64,000 nucleotides of DNA, taken from assembly GCA_030390025.1 (NCBI GenBank), contig CM059432.1, forward strand, positions 36,520,001-36,584,000, given 5' to 3'. The position numbers and the translations under genes were made by a program. Below are positions 1-12,651 of this stretch, piece by piece. Numbering within the stretch: position 1 is the first letter of the stretch; the number at the start of each line of letters is the position of its first letter. The notes beneath the pieces are model-generated. The model did not search any database and had not been told where the DNA came from. It saw nothing but the letters and a program-made list of their open reading frames with translations. Source of the stretch: Squalus acanthias (Eukaryota).

Positions 1-190
1 GACTTAAGTGAACGTTAAAGATCTTATGGCACTATTCCAAGATGTACAAAGAGTTCTCCTGCGAGCATCGCTCCTTCAACCACCACCACTAAACACATAT
101 TTACCCACTGAACAGTGACTACATTTCAAAGTAATTCATTGTATGCAAACTGCTGAGATTTTTGATATATAGATACTGCAAGTCTTAAGA
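1..190 (+). mobile_element. Degraded 3' part of Deu-domain SINE
   Basis: aaagatcttatggcactatt...cagtgactacatttcaaagtaattcattg matches the younger copy at 58614-59079. Confidence 0.55.
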
Positions 191-368
191 TTTTTTTCAT
201 CATATTATATCTTTTTAAATATGACCAGTAAATAATACTGTGCATTTCTGTGAAAGTCTAGATAATTCCAGTAATTTGAAGAATAGCAAGCTCTTTGAGG
301 CAGTCTTATTATACCAAGATGCAATCCAAAGACTTTGTTTATAGATTCAGCAATGTGGAAGCAAAACC

Positions 369-2200
369 AACATAGGAACATATGAGCAGGCATAGGCCAT
401 TCAACCCCTCGAGCTGTTCAATTATATCATGGCTGATCTGTATCCTAACTCCATTTAGCTGCCTTGGCGCCATATCCCTTAATACCCTTGGCTAGCAAAA
501 ATCTATTGATCACAGATTTAAAATTATTAATTGAGCTAGTATCTACTGCTTTTTGTGGGAGAGAGCTTCATACTTCAACCACCCTTTGTGTGAAGAAGTG
601 TTTCCGAACTTCTCTCCAGATTATGTCCCCTTGTCCTAGACTCCTCCACCAGCAGAAAAAGCTTCTCTCTCTATATACCTGATTCATTCCTTTCAAAATC
701 CTAAAAACCTCAACCAAATTACCCCATTAACCTTCTATATTCCAGGAAATTCAAGCTAAATTTGTGCAACTTGTCCTCATAATTTAACCCTCTAAGCCCC
801 AGTATCATTCTGGTGAATCTGCGCTACACCCCCTCCAAAGCTATTACAGGTATATCCAACCTGAGGCGTGGTGCCCAAAACTGAACGCAGCATTCCAGAT
901 GGGGTCTGACTAAGGCTGTATACAACTGAGGCATAACTTCCTCCCCTTTGTATTCCAGCCACCTTGAGATAAAGGCCAATACTCCATTAGCCTTTTAAAT
1001 TGCTTTTGTACCTGTCTACTAGCTTTAAATGATTTGTATACTTGGACTCCCAAATCACTTTGCTCTCTACAGTTCCCAGTTTCTCTCAATTTAGAAAATA
1101 CTCCGATTTATCTTTCTTGGGTCCAAAGTGAATGACCTCACACTTCCCCACATTGATCCCATTTTGCCATAGTTTTGTCCACTCACTTAATCTGTCTGTC
1201 CCTTTGCACCTTCCTGCTCCCTTCTGCACTACTTACTGTCCCTCCTAATTAAGTGCCATCTGCAAATTTGGATATACAACACTCTATTACTTTATTCAAG
1301 TCACTAATAAATATTGTGAAAAGTTGAAACTCCAGAACAGATCCCTCGGAAGCACCACTTGTCACATTCTGCCAATCTGAGTACATGCCCTTTATCTCGA
1401 CTCTGTCTCCTACCTCCCAACCAATCTCCAACCTAAGTTAAAAGGCTACCTCCAATTCCGTGCGCTTTCATTTTTGCCAATAATATTTGGTGTGGAACCT
1501 TATCGAATGACTTCTGGAAGTCCATCTGGATAACATCCAGAGACACTCCTTTGCGTACCTTATTAGTGACCACCTCAAAAAATTCAACTAGGTTAGTCAG
1601 ACATGAATACCTTTAACAAAGCCATGCTGGCTCTCTCTGATCAGATTATATTTGCTCAAGTGCTCAGTCACTCTATCCTTAATGACAGATTCATTCCCCT
1701 AGTGTCCACCCAACATTTATCCCTCAACACTTAAAACAGATGATCTAGTCATTTATTTCATTGCTGTTTGTGGGACCTTGCTGTGTCCAAATTGGCTGCC
1801 ACATTTCCCTACTTTACAACAGTGACAGCACTTCAATAGTACTTAATTGGCTGTAAAGTGTCTTGGGGTCATGAAAGGCACTAATAAATGCCAGTTCCTT
1901 CTGAAATGTGTGCTGGCTACTTCTATTTTCTCTGATTCCATCCTTAATTAGAGACTCTTAAATTTTCTCTACCACAGATGTTAAAACTAACCGGCCTGTA
2001 ATTACCTGGATTAGCCCTGTGTTCCTTTTTCAAAATGGGCGCTACACCCACACATAATATACACCCTGAAATATAATTTCTAGGGTCTTGATAATTTCTT
2101 CATTCATCTCTCTCAGGATCCTAGCATTTATCCTGTCGGGCTGTGATGCTTTGTCTTCCTTTAACCTAACTAACTTATTTAAAATTTCCTTTTATCCATC
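369..2200 (-). mobile_element. Decayed CR1 LINE ORF2/3' end, interrupted by a SINE fragment at ~1695-1905
   Basis: CR1 tail (cataggaacata) at 369; RT remnants such as GSVLEFQLFTIFISDL...KFADGT (1249-1431). Confidence 0.8.
1695..1905 (+). mobile_element. Deu-domain SINE 3' fragment inserted in CR1
   Basis: ttgctgtttgtggga...aaattggctgcc...tacaacagtgac...attggctgtaaag...atgaaaggcac block. Confidence 0.7.
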
Positions 2201-2349
2201 ATATCATATCACTCGTCTTCCTCTTGACCACTTCAGGATGCACTTCCTCTCCAATATAGTGTCTGATACAGACCAGTGGACTCCTCTGTCTCAAATTAGC
2301 TTGTATCAACTGGGGCAGCAGTACAATCGCCATCAGTGACCAAGCTAGG

Positions 2350-4112
2350 AGTCATAGAGTTATAACGGCACAGAAGGAGGACATTCTGCCCATCAAGACC
2401 GTGTCGGCTCTCTGTAGAGCAATCCAGTCAGTCCCATTCCTCCACTCTATCCCCGTAGCCCTGCAAGTTTATTTCCCTCAAGTGCCTATCCAGTCTCCCC
2501 TTGAAATCATTGAGTGTCTCCGCTTTCACCACTTCCGTCGGCAGCGAATTCCAGGTCATCACCACTCGCTGTGTAAAAATGTTTTTCCTCACATCCCCCC
2601 TGTATCTCTTGCCCAAAACCTTAAATCTGTGTCCGCTTGTCCTTGTACCATCAACTAGTGGGAACAGCCTTTCCCCGTCTAGCCTATCAAAACCCGTCAT
2701 AATCTTGTACACCTTTATCAAATCACCCCTCAACCTCCTTTGCTCTAATGAAAACAAATCCAGCTTCTCCAACCTGTCCTTGTAGCTAAGATCCCCCATC
2801 CCTGGAACCATTCTGGTAAATCTCCTCTGCACCCTCTCAAGGGCCTTCACATCTTTCCTAAAGTGGGGTGACCAGAACTGGACACAATACTCCAGTTGTG
2901 GCCTAACCAGTGCTTTATAAAGGTTCAGCATAACTTCTCTACTATTGTACTCAATACCTCTATTTATGAAGCCCAAGATCCCATATGCTTTGTTAACCAC
3001 TCTCTCAATATGTCCTGCCACCTTCAGGGACCTATGCACATTAACTCCCAGGTCCCTCTGTCCCTGCACACTCTTTAAAACTGTGCCATTAACTGTATAT
3101 TGCCTCTCCGTTCCTTCTGCCAAAATGCATCTCCTCACACATCTCTGTATTAAATTCCATCTGCCACTTGTTTGCCCATTCTGCTAGCCTTTCTATGTCC
3201 TGTTGCAGTCGATTGATATCATCACTGTTTGCCACACCCCCAAGTTTGGTGTCATCGACAAATTTAGAAATTCTACTCTGTATTCCAATATCCAGGTCAT
3301 ATATCAATAAAAGCAGTGGCCCCAGCACTGACCCTTGGGGAACACCACTGTCTACCATCCTCCAGTCTGAAAAACAGCCATTTACCACAACTTGCTGTTT
3401 TCTGTCCTTACGCCAATTCCTTATCCAAGCTGCCACTGACCCTCCTATTCCATGAGCCTCAATTTTGTTAACCAGCCTTCCATGTGGTACTTTGTCAAAC
3501 GCCTTCTGAAAATCCATGTAGACAACATTCATTGCATTCCCTTCATCAATCCTCTCTGTTACTTCATCAAAAAATTCAATTAGATTAGTCAAACATGATC
3601 TTCCTTTTACAAACCCGTGTTGGTTCTCCTTAATTAGCTTAAACCTCTCCAAATGCCCGTTAATTTTTTCCTTGATTATTTCTAAAACTTTACCCACCAC
3701 TGATGGTAAACTGACCGGCCTGTAGTTACTAGGATTGTTCTTACACCCTTTCTTGAACAATGGTGTCACATTTGCCACTTTCCAATCCTCAGGCACCTCC
3801 CCAGCATCTAGGGAAGATTGTAAAATTATGGCAAGCCCTTCCGCTATCTCCTCCCCCAATTCCCTTAGCAACCTGGGATGCAAGCCATCTGGACCAGGCG
3901 ACTTGTCTACTCTCAGCATACCCAGTCTTTCTAGTACATCCTTTCATCAATTTTCACCCCTTCCATTGCTTCTACCTTTTCCACTTCTACCGATATTTTA
4001 TCAGCATCCACCTCCATAGTAAACACCGATACAAAGTACTCATTGAGTATTCTAGCCTTGCCCTGCGCCTCTAAGCATATATCACTTTCTTTTTCTCTAA
4101 TAGGCCCCACCC
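2350..4112 (-). mobile_element. CR1 (HER1-like) LINE, 5'-truncated RT and 3' UTR
   Basis: ORFs 3089-3919 and 2428-3138: [58 protein letters not shown]. Confidence 0.95.
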
Positions 4113-5227
4113 TGAAGGGAAATTCAAACAACGTTCTCACTCACGCTCACTATCCAGTGACTCTTACTGTATAATTGTGTGTGTGTGGACTTTGAGTGGA
4201 TACAGGATCAGGCATTGCTGTGATGATCTCCCCCCCCCCCCCCAGAGCTGAATAGCCTACCAAGAACTATGGATTCGTGGAGGATGCCCACTTGGCCGAT
4301 ACCCCTGTATTCTATTGCAGCCAGAGTCTGCTCTTTCAGGAAAGGAATGCACAGATACTGGCAAAAAAAAACTTTTTATTAGGAACCTTTGTGCTAAGCT
4401 TACTGCTATTAAGGCAGAGATGTCTGAATAGGTATCGTACCAGGGTGAAAAACTCACTTACATCAGATTAGAATATGTTATAAATGATGACAAAGATTAT
4501 GATCGGCTCAGCTAGAGCAGTTTGTATGGTAATGAGTAGCATGGGGGAGGTTCAATTATGTTTAGAATTACTGCTGTCTGTGTGCTTTAACACAATAAGT
4601 ACAAGCAAATTGTATTTGGAGATGGGAGGGGGATTATGCAGTTCAACCCTGGACAAGGTGGATGCAATTTTTTTAAATGTATTCCTCCAATGCAAAATTG
4701 TTTTGTTTTTTTCCCCTCCCCTCCTGAAGGAGTAAAAGACTGTTTCAGGGATGAGGTTCCATGGGCACTGGCTGGTCTTTGGTATTTCTCTCAAGTGGCC
4801 AGACTATTCAAGTGTGGGGGACCATCGCAGCCGAACGCACACCTATCTTCAGCTGGTATCCAGTGATTAGCAGCACAAACTCTGGTTGGTTTATCACCTC
4901 CTCAGCTCGGGTATTGAAGCCAATAATTGTGACCATATGACACTCAAACTGAAATTAGTAGCTAGCTACAGACTAGGGATTGAACCTGGGCCTTACTAGT
5001 CTATATGGCTTAATGCTACAGAAGTCAGTGCTTCTACCTACTAGGTCATTGGAGCACTGTATATATTTTTAAGATTATGCCAGGTGTTGCCTCCCATTAA
5101 TCCTGCCACAAAGGAGGGAACATGCAGATAAATAGGAGAGCAAAAATTCAAGTGCTGAATACATTTTTGTCTTGAGAGTTGATAACTGTGATGTTGTATT
5201 TAGCTGCTATTTTTCCCTTGTATGTAG

Positions 5228-7252
5228 AAGAATTTGGTGTGCCATTCACCGGCCTGAATCAAGTTGAAACATCTTTCCACCCTGTAGACCACTGTGATCC
5301 AGCTTTGAGCAGTGTTGGCTTAATGGATGATCACGTGCTAGTTTCAAAGACGACGAAGACCACCGTTGCAGTTGAAGCCCTACTGCAAGCACCAACAAAT
5401 CACTCACCTAGCGCCCCCCAACGGGAGAACTTGGGCCGTGACGCAGGAATTCCTGCGTTCACAGAACTGTTCCCACCAGCCTGCGGGAACTTTGACTTGC
5501 CGATGGGCGCTGTGGTGCTTACTAACACCACCACAAGTGTTGCTGTCCCACTTACAAAAGCTCCACCGTTAGAACAGCCCCCTGGGAAAGATAAGCTTGC
5601 AGAGGAGGTTACGGAAGTCACACACACAATAGAATCCCAAGTAGTAAAAGTGGTCGTGGAGAAGAAAAAGAAAAAGAAAAAACGCTCACATCCAAAAGCA
5701 GCCCAAGTGCCTGTAGTGGACGTGCAGGCTAAAGTTAAAGAGGTTCAAGGAATTATTTCTGACCAGAGGATGGAAGGGCTGCCCGCAGGAAGGACACGGG
5801 AGCACAAGGGAAATGTTTTGAACACTGAGGGGGCATATAAGGAGGCATCGGGGGTGCAAGTAAAAGCACAGCAGGTGGATAGTGTACCAAGTCAAAGTAT
5901 AATTTGGGCATCTGGAAGTGCAGAGTGTAAAATGGCAAGCCCACCATTGCACAAAACTGAAGCCTCTTCAGAGGTCCATGAAGGGGCAGTTGTAGGGAGC
6001 CAGAGAAGAAAGGCAGATCATTCAGACAGCCAGTCACGGGTGGAGGCAACCTCTGAAATGGAATGGACAGAGCACCCTCTGGATTGTTGGAGCAGAGAAA
6101 TTACCTCTTCTGAGTCCCACCAATCATCTAGGGTGGAAGAGGTAGTAGAGCCTCCTCTAGAACAATGGGGTCACGAAATTACTCCCCCCAAGTCACAGAA
6201 AAAATCTGAGGTAAACGAGGTAGCACTGACTCCTCTGGAACTTGGGGTTATAGAACATACTCCCCCTGAGTCAAAGAATGTGCCTGAAGTGAAGGAGATG
6301 GAAGGGCCTTATCTAGAACATGCAGGTAGAGAAACTGCTCCCCCAGGGTCAAAGCAAACATTTGAGGTGAATGCAATGGCAGAACATGGAGGTAGAGAAA
6401 TTACTGCCCCTGGGTCACAGGAATCCTCTGAGGTGAAAGAGGTAGCACTGACCCCTCTGAAACACGGAGGTGCAGAAAATACTTCACCTGAGTTGCAGCA
6501 AACATCTGAGGTAAAAGAAATGGCAGAGATCCTTATGGAAAATACAGGTAGAGAAACTACTTCCCTTGAGTCAAAGAAAGTGCCTGAGGTGAAGGACATG
6601 GAAGAGCCTTCTCTAGAACATGTGGCTAGACAAACTACTCCCCATCAGTCAGAGCAAATGCCTGAGGTGAAGGAGATGGCAGAGACCTCTCTAAAACTTG
6701 TGGATAGAGAAGCTACTCCCCCTGAATCAAAGCAAACATCTGAGGTGAAGGAGATGACAGAGATCCCTCTGGACTATGTGAGTAGAGAAACAGGTCCCCT
6801 TGAGTCAAAGCAAACATCTGAGGTGAAGGAGATGGCAGAGACCCCTCTGGAACATGTGAGTACAGAAATTACTCCCCATGATTTACAGCACACTTCTGAA
6901 GTGAAAGGGATAGTGGCTACTCCTCTAGAGCATTGCTGTAGCGAAGTTACCTCTATTGAATCACAGCAAAAATCTGAGGTAAAAGACCTTGTTGAGAGTC
7001 CACTGGAATGTTGGAACAGAGAAACTAACCCTCCTGAGTCGCAGCAAACATCTGAGGTGAATGAGACAGTGGAGAGTCCTCTGGGATGTCGAGATGAAGT
7101 CATCTTTTCAGAGTGCACTGACCAAGTCATTCCGCCTTCTCTGAAACATGAAGCACCAAAGCTGCTGGATGATGATGAGGGAAAAAGTTCAAAGGCACCA
7201 TTGAAAAAAGAAGGGGGATCAAAATCCCTTCAAAAACGAGGATTCACTAAAG
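5228..7252 (+). CDS. MAP4: MAP4 large projection-domain cassette exon (mMAP4-like); 3' end either 7252 or 7452
   Basis: 709-aa ORF (5179-7308), acidic and low-complexity, with EKKKKKKKRSHPK (recalls the basic KKKKK run of the mammalian MAP4 long exon). Acceptor ttttcccttgtatgtag|AA at 5227/5228 is phase 1. In-frame phase-1 donor AAG|gtacct at 7252 (2025 nt, multiple of 3). A second donor AAG|gtgtgt at 7452 lies in another frame. Same strand as, and phase-compatible with, the downstream MAP4 exons. Confidence 0.7.
6052..7090 (+). repeat. Coding tandem repeat, ~13.5 copies of 78 bp / 26 aa (approx. EVKEMAETPLEHVSRETTPPESKQTS)
   Basis: Visible in the ORF translation; one unit (EVNAMAEHGGREITAPGSQESS) is 4 aa shorter. 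Confidence 0.9.
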
Positions 7253-7607
7253 GTACCTCACAAAGGAGGCTGGAGCAAAAGTGTCCCCCGAACAGCACAG
7301 GGCCCTAAAGACCCCGGCACAACCAAAGGTCATGAAGGCCCCAAACCAACGTCAAAGAGATGTTAAACCTCTTGAGCCAGAGGAGATTGGAGATGTAAAT
7401 GCACAGTCTGACCAGCAGGGGCATCTGGATGAGGGTCCTCGTCAAGATGAAGGTGTGTTCCACCAGTGATGATAGCGCTTTTTTCTTCCCCCCCCAACCC
7501 CCCCACCCCTAGCTTCAACTTACCAAATCCTGGCATCAGGATTTCGAACTGACTGGATTGGCACAGCATGATATCTACTTTTTGGCTCACTAAAGCACCC
7601 ATCATTT

Positions 7608-7656
7608 TGCATGCACAATTTCTCTTGAACTTGTAACTAATCTGTTGCTTACTAAC
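7608..7656 (+). promoter_or_regulatory. Candidate intronic splicing enhancer cluster (RBFOX TGCATG, QKI ACTAAY x2)
   Basis: TGCATG 7608-7613, ACTAAT 7636-7641, ACTAAC 7651-7656, downstream of the large cassette exon in TE-free sequence. Confidence 0.5.
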
Positions 7657-9580
7657 CGCAAGCATTCGGTTGGCTGAAACTAGCAACTTGTGTTTGCCAA
7701 ATGTCTTTATAACCCACGGCATGGCAGTTGGTTGGTTTAAAAATGATTTTGGAAGCAGTTGCTGAGGTGGTGGTGTTAATTCATATTTACATTGTGACGA
7801 AGGGAGAGGAGGAAGAGAAGAATAAGAAAGGTAAGTGCTAACTGTATAGCTGAATATTATATACCTGGACATTGAAAGCCAGAATTGTCTGTCTTCAAAA
7901 ATGGAAAGTCATTCAGGAAACCAATATTTGGGAATACAATGTAACTTTGGTTGTCTGCCATAATGCAGGACCCTTCCTTGGTGGATAGTTGAGAATCCCC
8001 AAATTTACATGTATTTGTATAGTAATGCCTTAGGCATGGAAATGATGGGAAGATAAGACAATACAATTAATTGAAGAAATATTAGCAGACAATGCAGAGG
8101 TGGTGTCTGACACACACTGTCCTGTGAAAATTCTGACAGTTAATTGGGAAGTTGGATAATGGAGGTATTACTGTTTGGGCTCTTTCCTAACACTTATTTC
8201 ATGTTCACAGTGCAGGAATTTCCCATAAGCAGGCAGAGTCTCCTATAAACAGAAAGTTTGGGTTAGCAAGCCCTGGTTCAACAATTGCCCCCCTAATTGT
8301 GGTATGACTCATTCATTGAAAATTCAGTAAGAAGGGATAATCAATTTTAAATAGTCACAGAGTGACTGGAGGAATTAGGAGAAATTACAGGTTCTTGGAA
8401 CATTTGAGGCAGAGAAGGTGGCATTTTCTTTTAGGTAAAATTGGATAAATGTTTGAATCAGAGGAAGATATAGGACTGTGGGGACGGAGCAGGGCAGTTG
8501 GATTAGTTTTGGATTGCTCTTGCAAACTGACACAGGCATGATAGTCTGACTGGTGGCCTCCTGTGCTTTCAGCCTCTGATTCAGTGTTGACCTCTGGCGA
8601 ATACATGAGGTGCTTACTACATTCATCCATAACTTTTGATAAGTGAAAAATAACCAGTCCAATTTGTACAGGCTAAAGCAACTTAGACAGATGTATTTAC
8701 AGTTTGAATATTACTTAGATGCCTTGGGACACAGCAAGATATTGTAACAGCCTAATACTTAAAAGAAATAAAAATAGATTCAATTCATCAAGAGTTAATT
8801 AGTCTGCAAAGAGTTAATGCCTTTTATTTTAAAGCAGTTTTTCTTAGGTCTGGTAAGTAGCAGGACGTTTGGATGAATCAGTCAGGTTTTGTCTCTTAGT
8901 TGACCTTCAAGATAAGATGTTGTATCTGGGCAATGCAAATTCCATTTCATCCATGGAGTTCTGATATCTTGCCAGACCTAAAGCTGATCAACCAGAGCAG
9001 TGATTTATGCCATGGGGCATCTTTCATGTTATAGCCATTTTCTTAACATAGGCTAAGAGTTTAATAGATCTCACATGGGTGAGGTGTTCGTGCCTGGATA
9101 TTTGTCATTTCCCCAATATATTTCCTTTAATGGTTCTGCACTTGAAGAGATTAGAATTGTGTACTTCACTGTTCCTCAAGAATACTAGAGGGACAACCTT
9201 GATGGGCTGGATGGCCTTTTCTCAGCCTTAAGTTTTTCTTATGTAATTATTTTAAAATCCATCACAAAAGGGCTGAGGCCTGCTCTTGAAATGTTCATGA
9301 GGATTACATCTGGTTTAACTGCTAAAAGCCTTAAAAAGGACTATGGTCTAGGATAAACACTGTGAAGTATAAGAATGTGTCCTGAAGGCAAAGTGTCATT
9401 TACTATTATTTTGATAATTTAATTTTTGTTCCCTCTTGAACTGTTCATCTTAGTTACTGGGCTGCTTGTATTGAAAGGGGTGGGCTTAGTGGAATGGTAT
9501 GTAGCAGTGGGTTTAAACTTGTATGTATGTGGGACCCACCTGCAAGTATTGACACTCCTGGAGATACCCCTTGCACTTAT

Positions 9581-10200
9581 GGAATCATAGAATCATACAG
9601 CACAAAAGGAGGCCCATCGTGCTTGTGCCAGCTTTTTGAAAAAGCTATCCCATTAGTCCCACTCCCCTGCTCTTTCCCCATAGTCCTGCAAATTCTTCCT
9701 ATTCAAGTATATATATCCTTTTCCCTTTTGAAAGTTACTATTGAACCTGCTTCCATCTCCCATTCAGGCAGTGTATTCCAGATCATAACAATTTGCTGTG
9801 TAAAAAAGCAACTTCTCATTTTCCCCTCCACCCCTGGTTCTTTTGCCAATTATCTTAAATCTATGTCCTCTGGTTACTGATCCTCCTACCAGTGGGAACA
9901 GTGGAGAGACTAGAGAAGCTGGGATTGTTCTCCTTAGAGCATTACATTTCATCTGCCATATGTCTGCCCATTTCACCAGTCTGTTTATGTCCTCCTGAAG
10001 TCTGCTACTATCCTCCTCACTGTTAACTACATTTCCAAGTTTGCAAATGTTGAAATACCCAAGTTCAGGTCATCAATGTATAACAAAAGGGGGGACACCA
10101 CTGTATACTTCCCTCCAATCTCGTAAAGAACCACTACTCTCTTCTTTCTGTCTCATAGCCAATATTGTAACCACGCTGCCACTGCCCCTTTAATCCTTAT
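9581..10200 (-). mobile_element. Internally deleted CR1 LINE
   Basis: (gaatcata)n tail on +, TRGHRFK motif, fragmentary RT. Confidence 0.8.
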
Positions 10201-11678
10201 CAAATTTTCAGACTCCCTCCCCCCTTGCACGTAATGCTAAACTCTTCTTGGACCCCCTCCCCCTCTTACACATACTATCACGCTCTTCCGGAAACCCCAA
10301 CCCCACCCCCCAGCCACACATTTCCACACTCTCCCAGGGGTTCCTCCTTAGAAGTATATGTTTTCCCGAGGACTAACGTCTAAAAAGCAGCGTGAACTTC
10401 CCAAAGAAAAACAGTGGTGCCACTGCAGAAAATGTTTTAGTATAAAGTGCTAAGTTATCGCATACAAAAAAATTAAGAGAATTTAGAATACATAATTATC
10501 GGGACACTGCATGCGATGTGTGGTATGTTCAGCTCTCAGACAGGTAGAAATCTGAGATCCTTGTGAATTGCGATTTGAAAACCTATGATGTATAGAGAGG
10601 AGATTCCCTCACCAATGCCTCTGCTTTCTCGGTGAGTTTGATCACCAGTTTATTTTGTCTCTGTTTTTGTTTTTGTTTTTCTGTGAAGTCCAGTGACAAC
10701 AGATTTTTTTTCCCCTCCCGCTGTGATTCACTACACTTCGTGCCATCCACAATGTTCTGAATATTAAGCAGCTCTGTTTACTGTTCGAATACCAAATAAG
10801 CAAATTGGTCACTGTGTATGCAAGTCAGCTCACAGATCTCCTTCAGCCTTCTGTTGCGTTTCTATAACTTTGGAATTTTCCAGAAAGAACTGTACACTGA
10901 TAGATTTTACATTTTGATTTAAACAAACTTGAAAATATTTTTATTTAAATATTGTTAAAATCCAAAATTGAATTCTGAAATGCAGGGGAGAAGTATAGTG
11001 GGTTGTTGAAACAAACTTGTTTTTAGGGTGGATGTGGCAAAAAAAAATTATGCCATCAGTAGCTTTCATTGTATTATATTGCATATTTCGCTAATGTTTG
11101 GTCTACTTTTGTACTGAATATCGAGAGAAATTGCCTGGTAATTAGACTGAACCTTGTACTGTAGCTTAGCAGTTAAGTAAGAAGCTGGAGGAAGTTGCAT
11201 TTGTACAGCACCTTCAGGACATCCCAAAGCACTTTACAACCAATGAAGCACTATTGACATGTAGTCACTGTTGTAATGTAAGGAAAGTTTGTGAATTTGT
11301 ATCTGCCTTCCATCCTGATTTTCTTGTTAATTAAATGTATTAAAGCCCAATCAGATGATTGGATTGCATTGCTTGAGAGGATGTGGTGTAGAGTTCTAGT
11401 ATTTCAAAATCCTGCTCTTTATTTATATTCTTTTGTCTTTTTCTGTATAAGTATAGAAAATAATATCCATCTTCTGAATCCCTCAAACAGATTCCAAACT
11501 ATATCTCATTCAAACCAACTGAAGATTAGATTCTAACACCGTAACTCACGTCTGGGTCCATTATTCTATATTCTGTAGACCATCAGAACCTCTAGATCAG
11601 ATTACAATTTGTAACACTGTCTCAGGTATCCATGGTATATTGTATATATAATGCAGTACCAGGGACATTTGTTGTACT

Positions 11679-11780
11679 AAAATAAAAACAGGAAATGCTG
11701 GAAATACTCAGCAGGTCAGGCAGCATCTGTGGAGAGAGAAACAGAGTTAATGTTTCAGATCGATGATCTGTCGTCAACCG
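11679..11780 (-). mobile_element. Penelope-like element terminal fragment with degenerate hammerhead motif, 9-bp TSD
   Basis: Same sequence family as the arms of 36279-36478; flanked by tgttgtact at 11670-11678 and 11781-11789. Confidence 0.65.
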
Positions 11781-12651
11781 TGTTGTACTCCAAACTCATT
11801 TTAAGTACCTGTTCCTCTAGGTACTGTGGGTATTTTCATTATTAAAGGTGGCATACAATAGCTGCTATTTAATAGTGACAGTATATCGCTCTGTGATTAT
11901 GCAATCTGGTTACTGGGTTCCCACAATTCTATTTGTACTTTCTCAAATTTTTTCAAATGACATTTTATCCTCCGTAACTAAAATTTCGAATGTCCAGTGT
12001 AAGGATCGAAACAAAATTACATATTTCTCAATAACATTCAATTTATCAGTTGAATTGTCTTTTGTTAATTAAAGTTTTCACTTGAAAGCATTTCCCAAAA
12101 GCTTGGACTTGATATTTTGCCCAGAGCTGTGACTTCATGAGCTGAATTTGGATTGTGCAGTCTGAGGTACACTTGGATGTTGTGGGTCTCTGCTTGAGCT
12201 CCACCGCTGTACCAACGTGAATAGCATTGTGGTGTTTCTTTAAACAGTGTTCTGGTTTTACTATGTTTATATTCATAGGCACAGCAATTCTTATTTGAGT
12301 TAATCATATCTGCGGCAATCATCAGTAAATTAACACTCCATTGGATTGCAGAAATCCCTAAATGATGGCATCTCACAACACTTAAACTGGGGGAATGACA
12401 ATTACCGTGTCTCTGTTGATACCAGATTCCATTACATATCCACTCCCACTGGAAAGGATTTTATTCAAGTAGTTTCATTCACACCACTAAACATGGTCAG
12501 CAAGGAGGAGGGGCTCCTGTAGCCAAGTGGGTATGATAGTGTAATGGTTATGTTACAGGACTAGTAATCCAGAGGTCTGGAGTAATAATCCAGAGGTCTT
12601 GGGTAATAATCCAAAGAACGTGAGTTCAAATCCCACCAAGTTTGCGAATTT

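Noticed and set aside
6309..7130. Antisense ORFs over the MAP4 exons (also 29686-30883, 53570-53920)
   Set aside because: Shadow frames of repetitive or GC-rich coding sequence with no independent gene signals.
7225..7310. Programmed -1 ribosomal frameshift as explanation of the frame change
   Set aside because: No X XXY YYZ slippery heptamer in the permitted interval 7251-7305; the -1 frame has a stop at 7248, excluding upstream A-runs.
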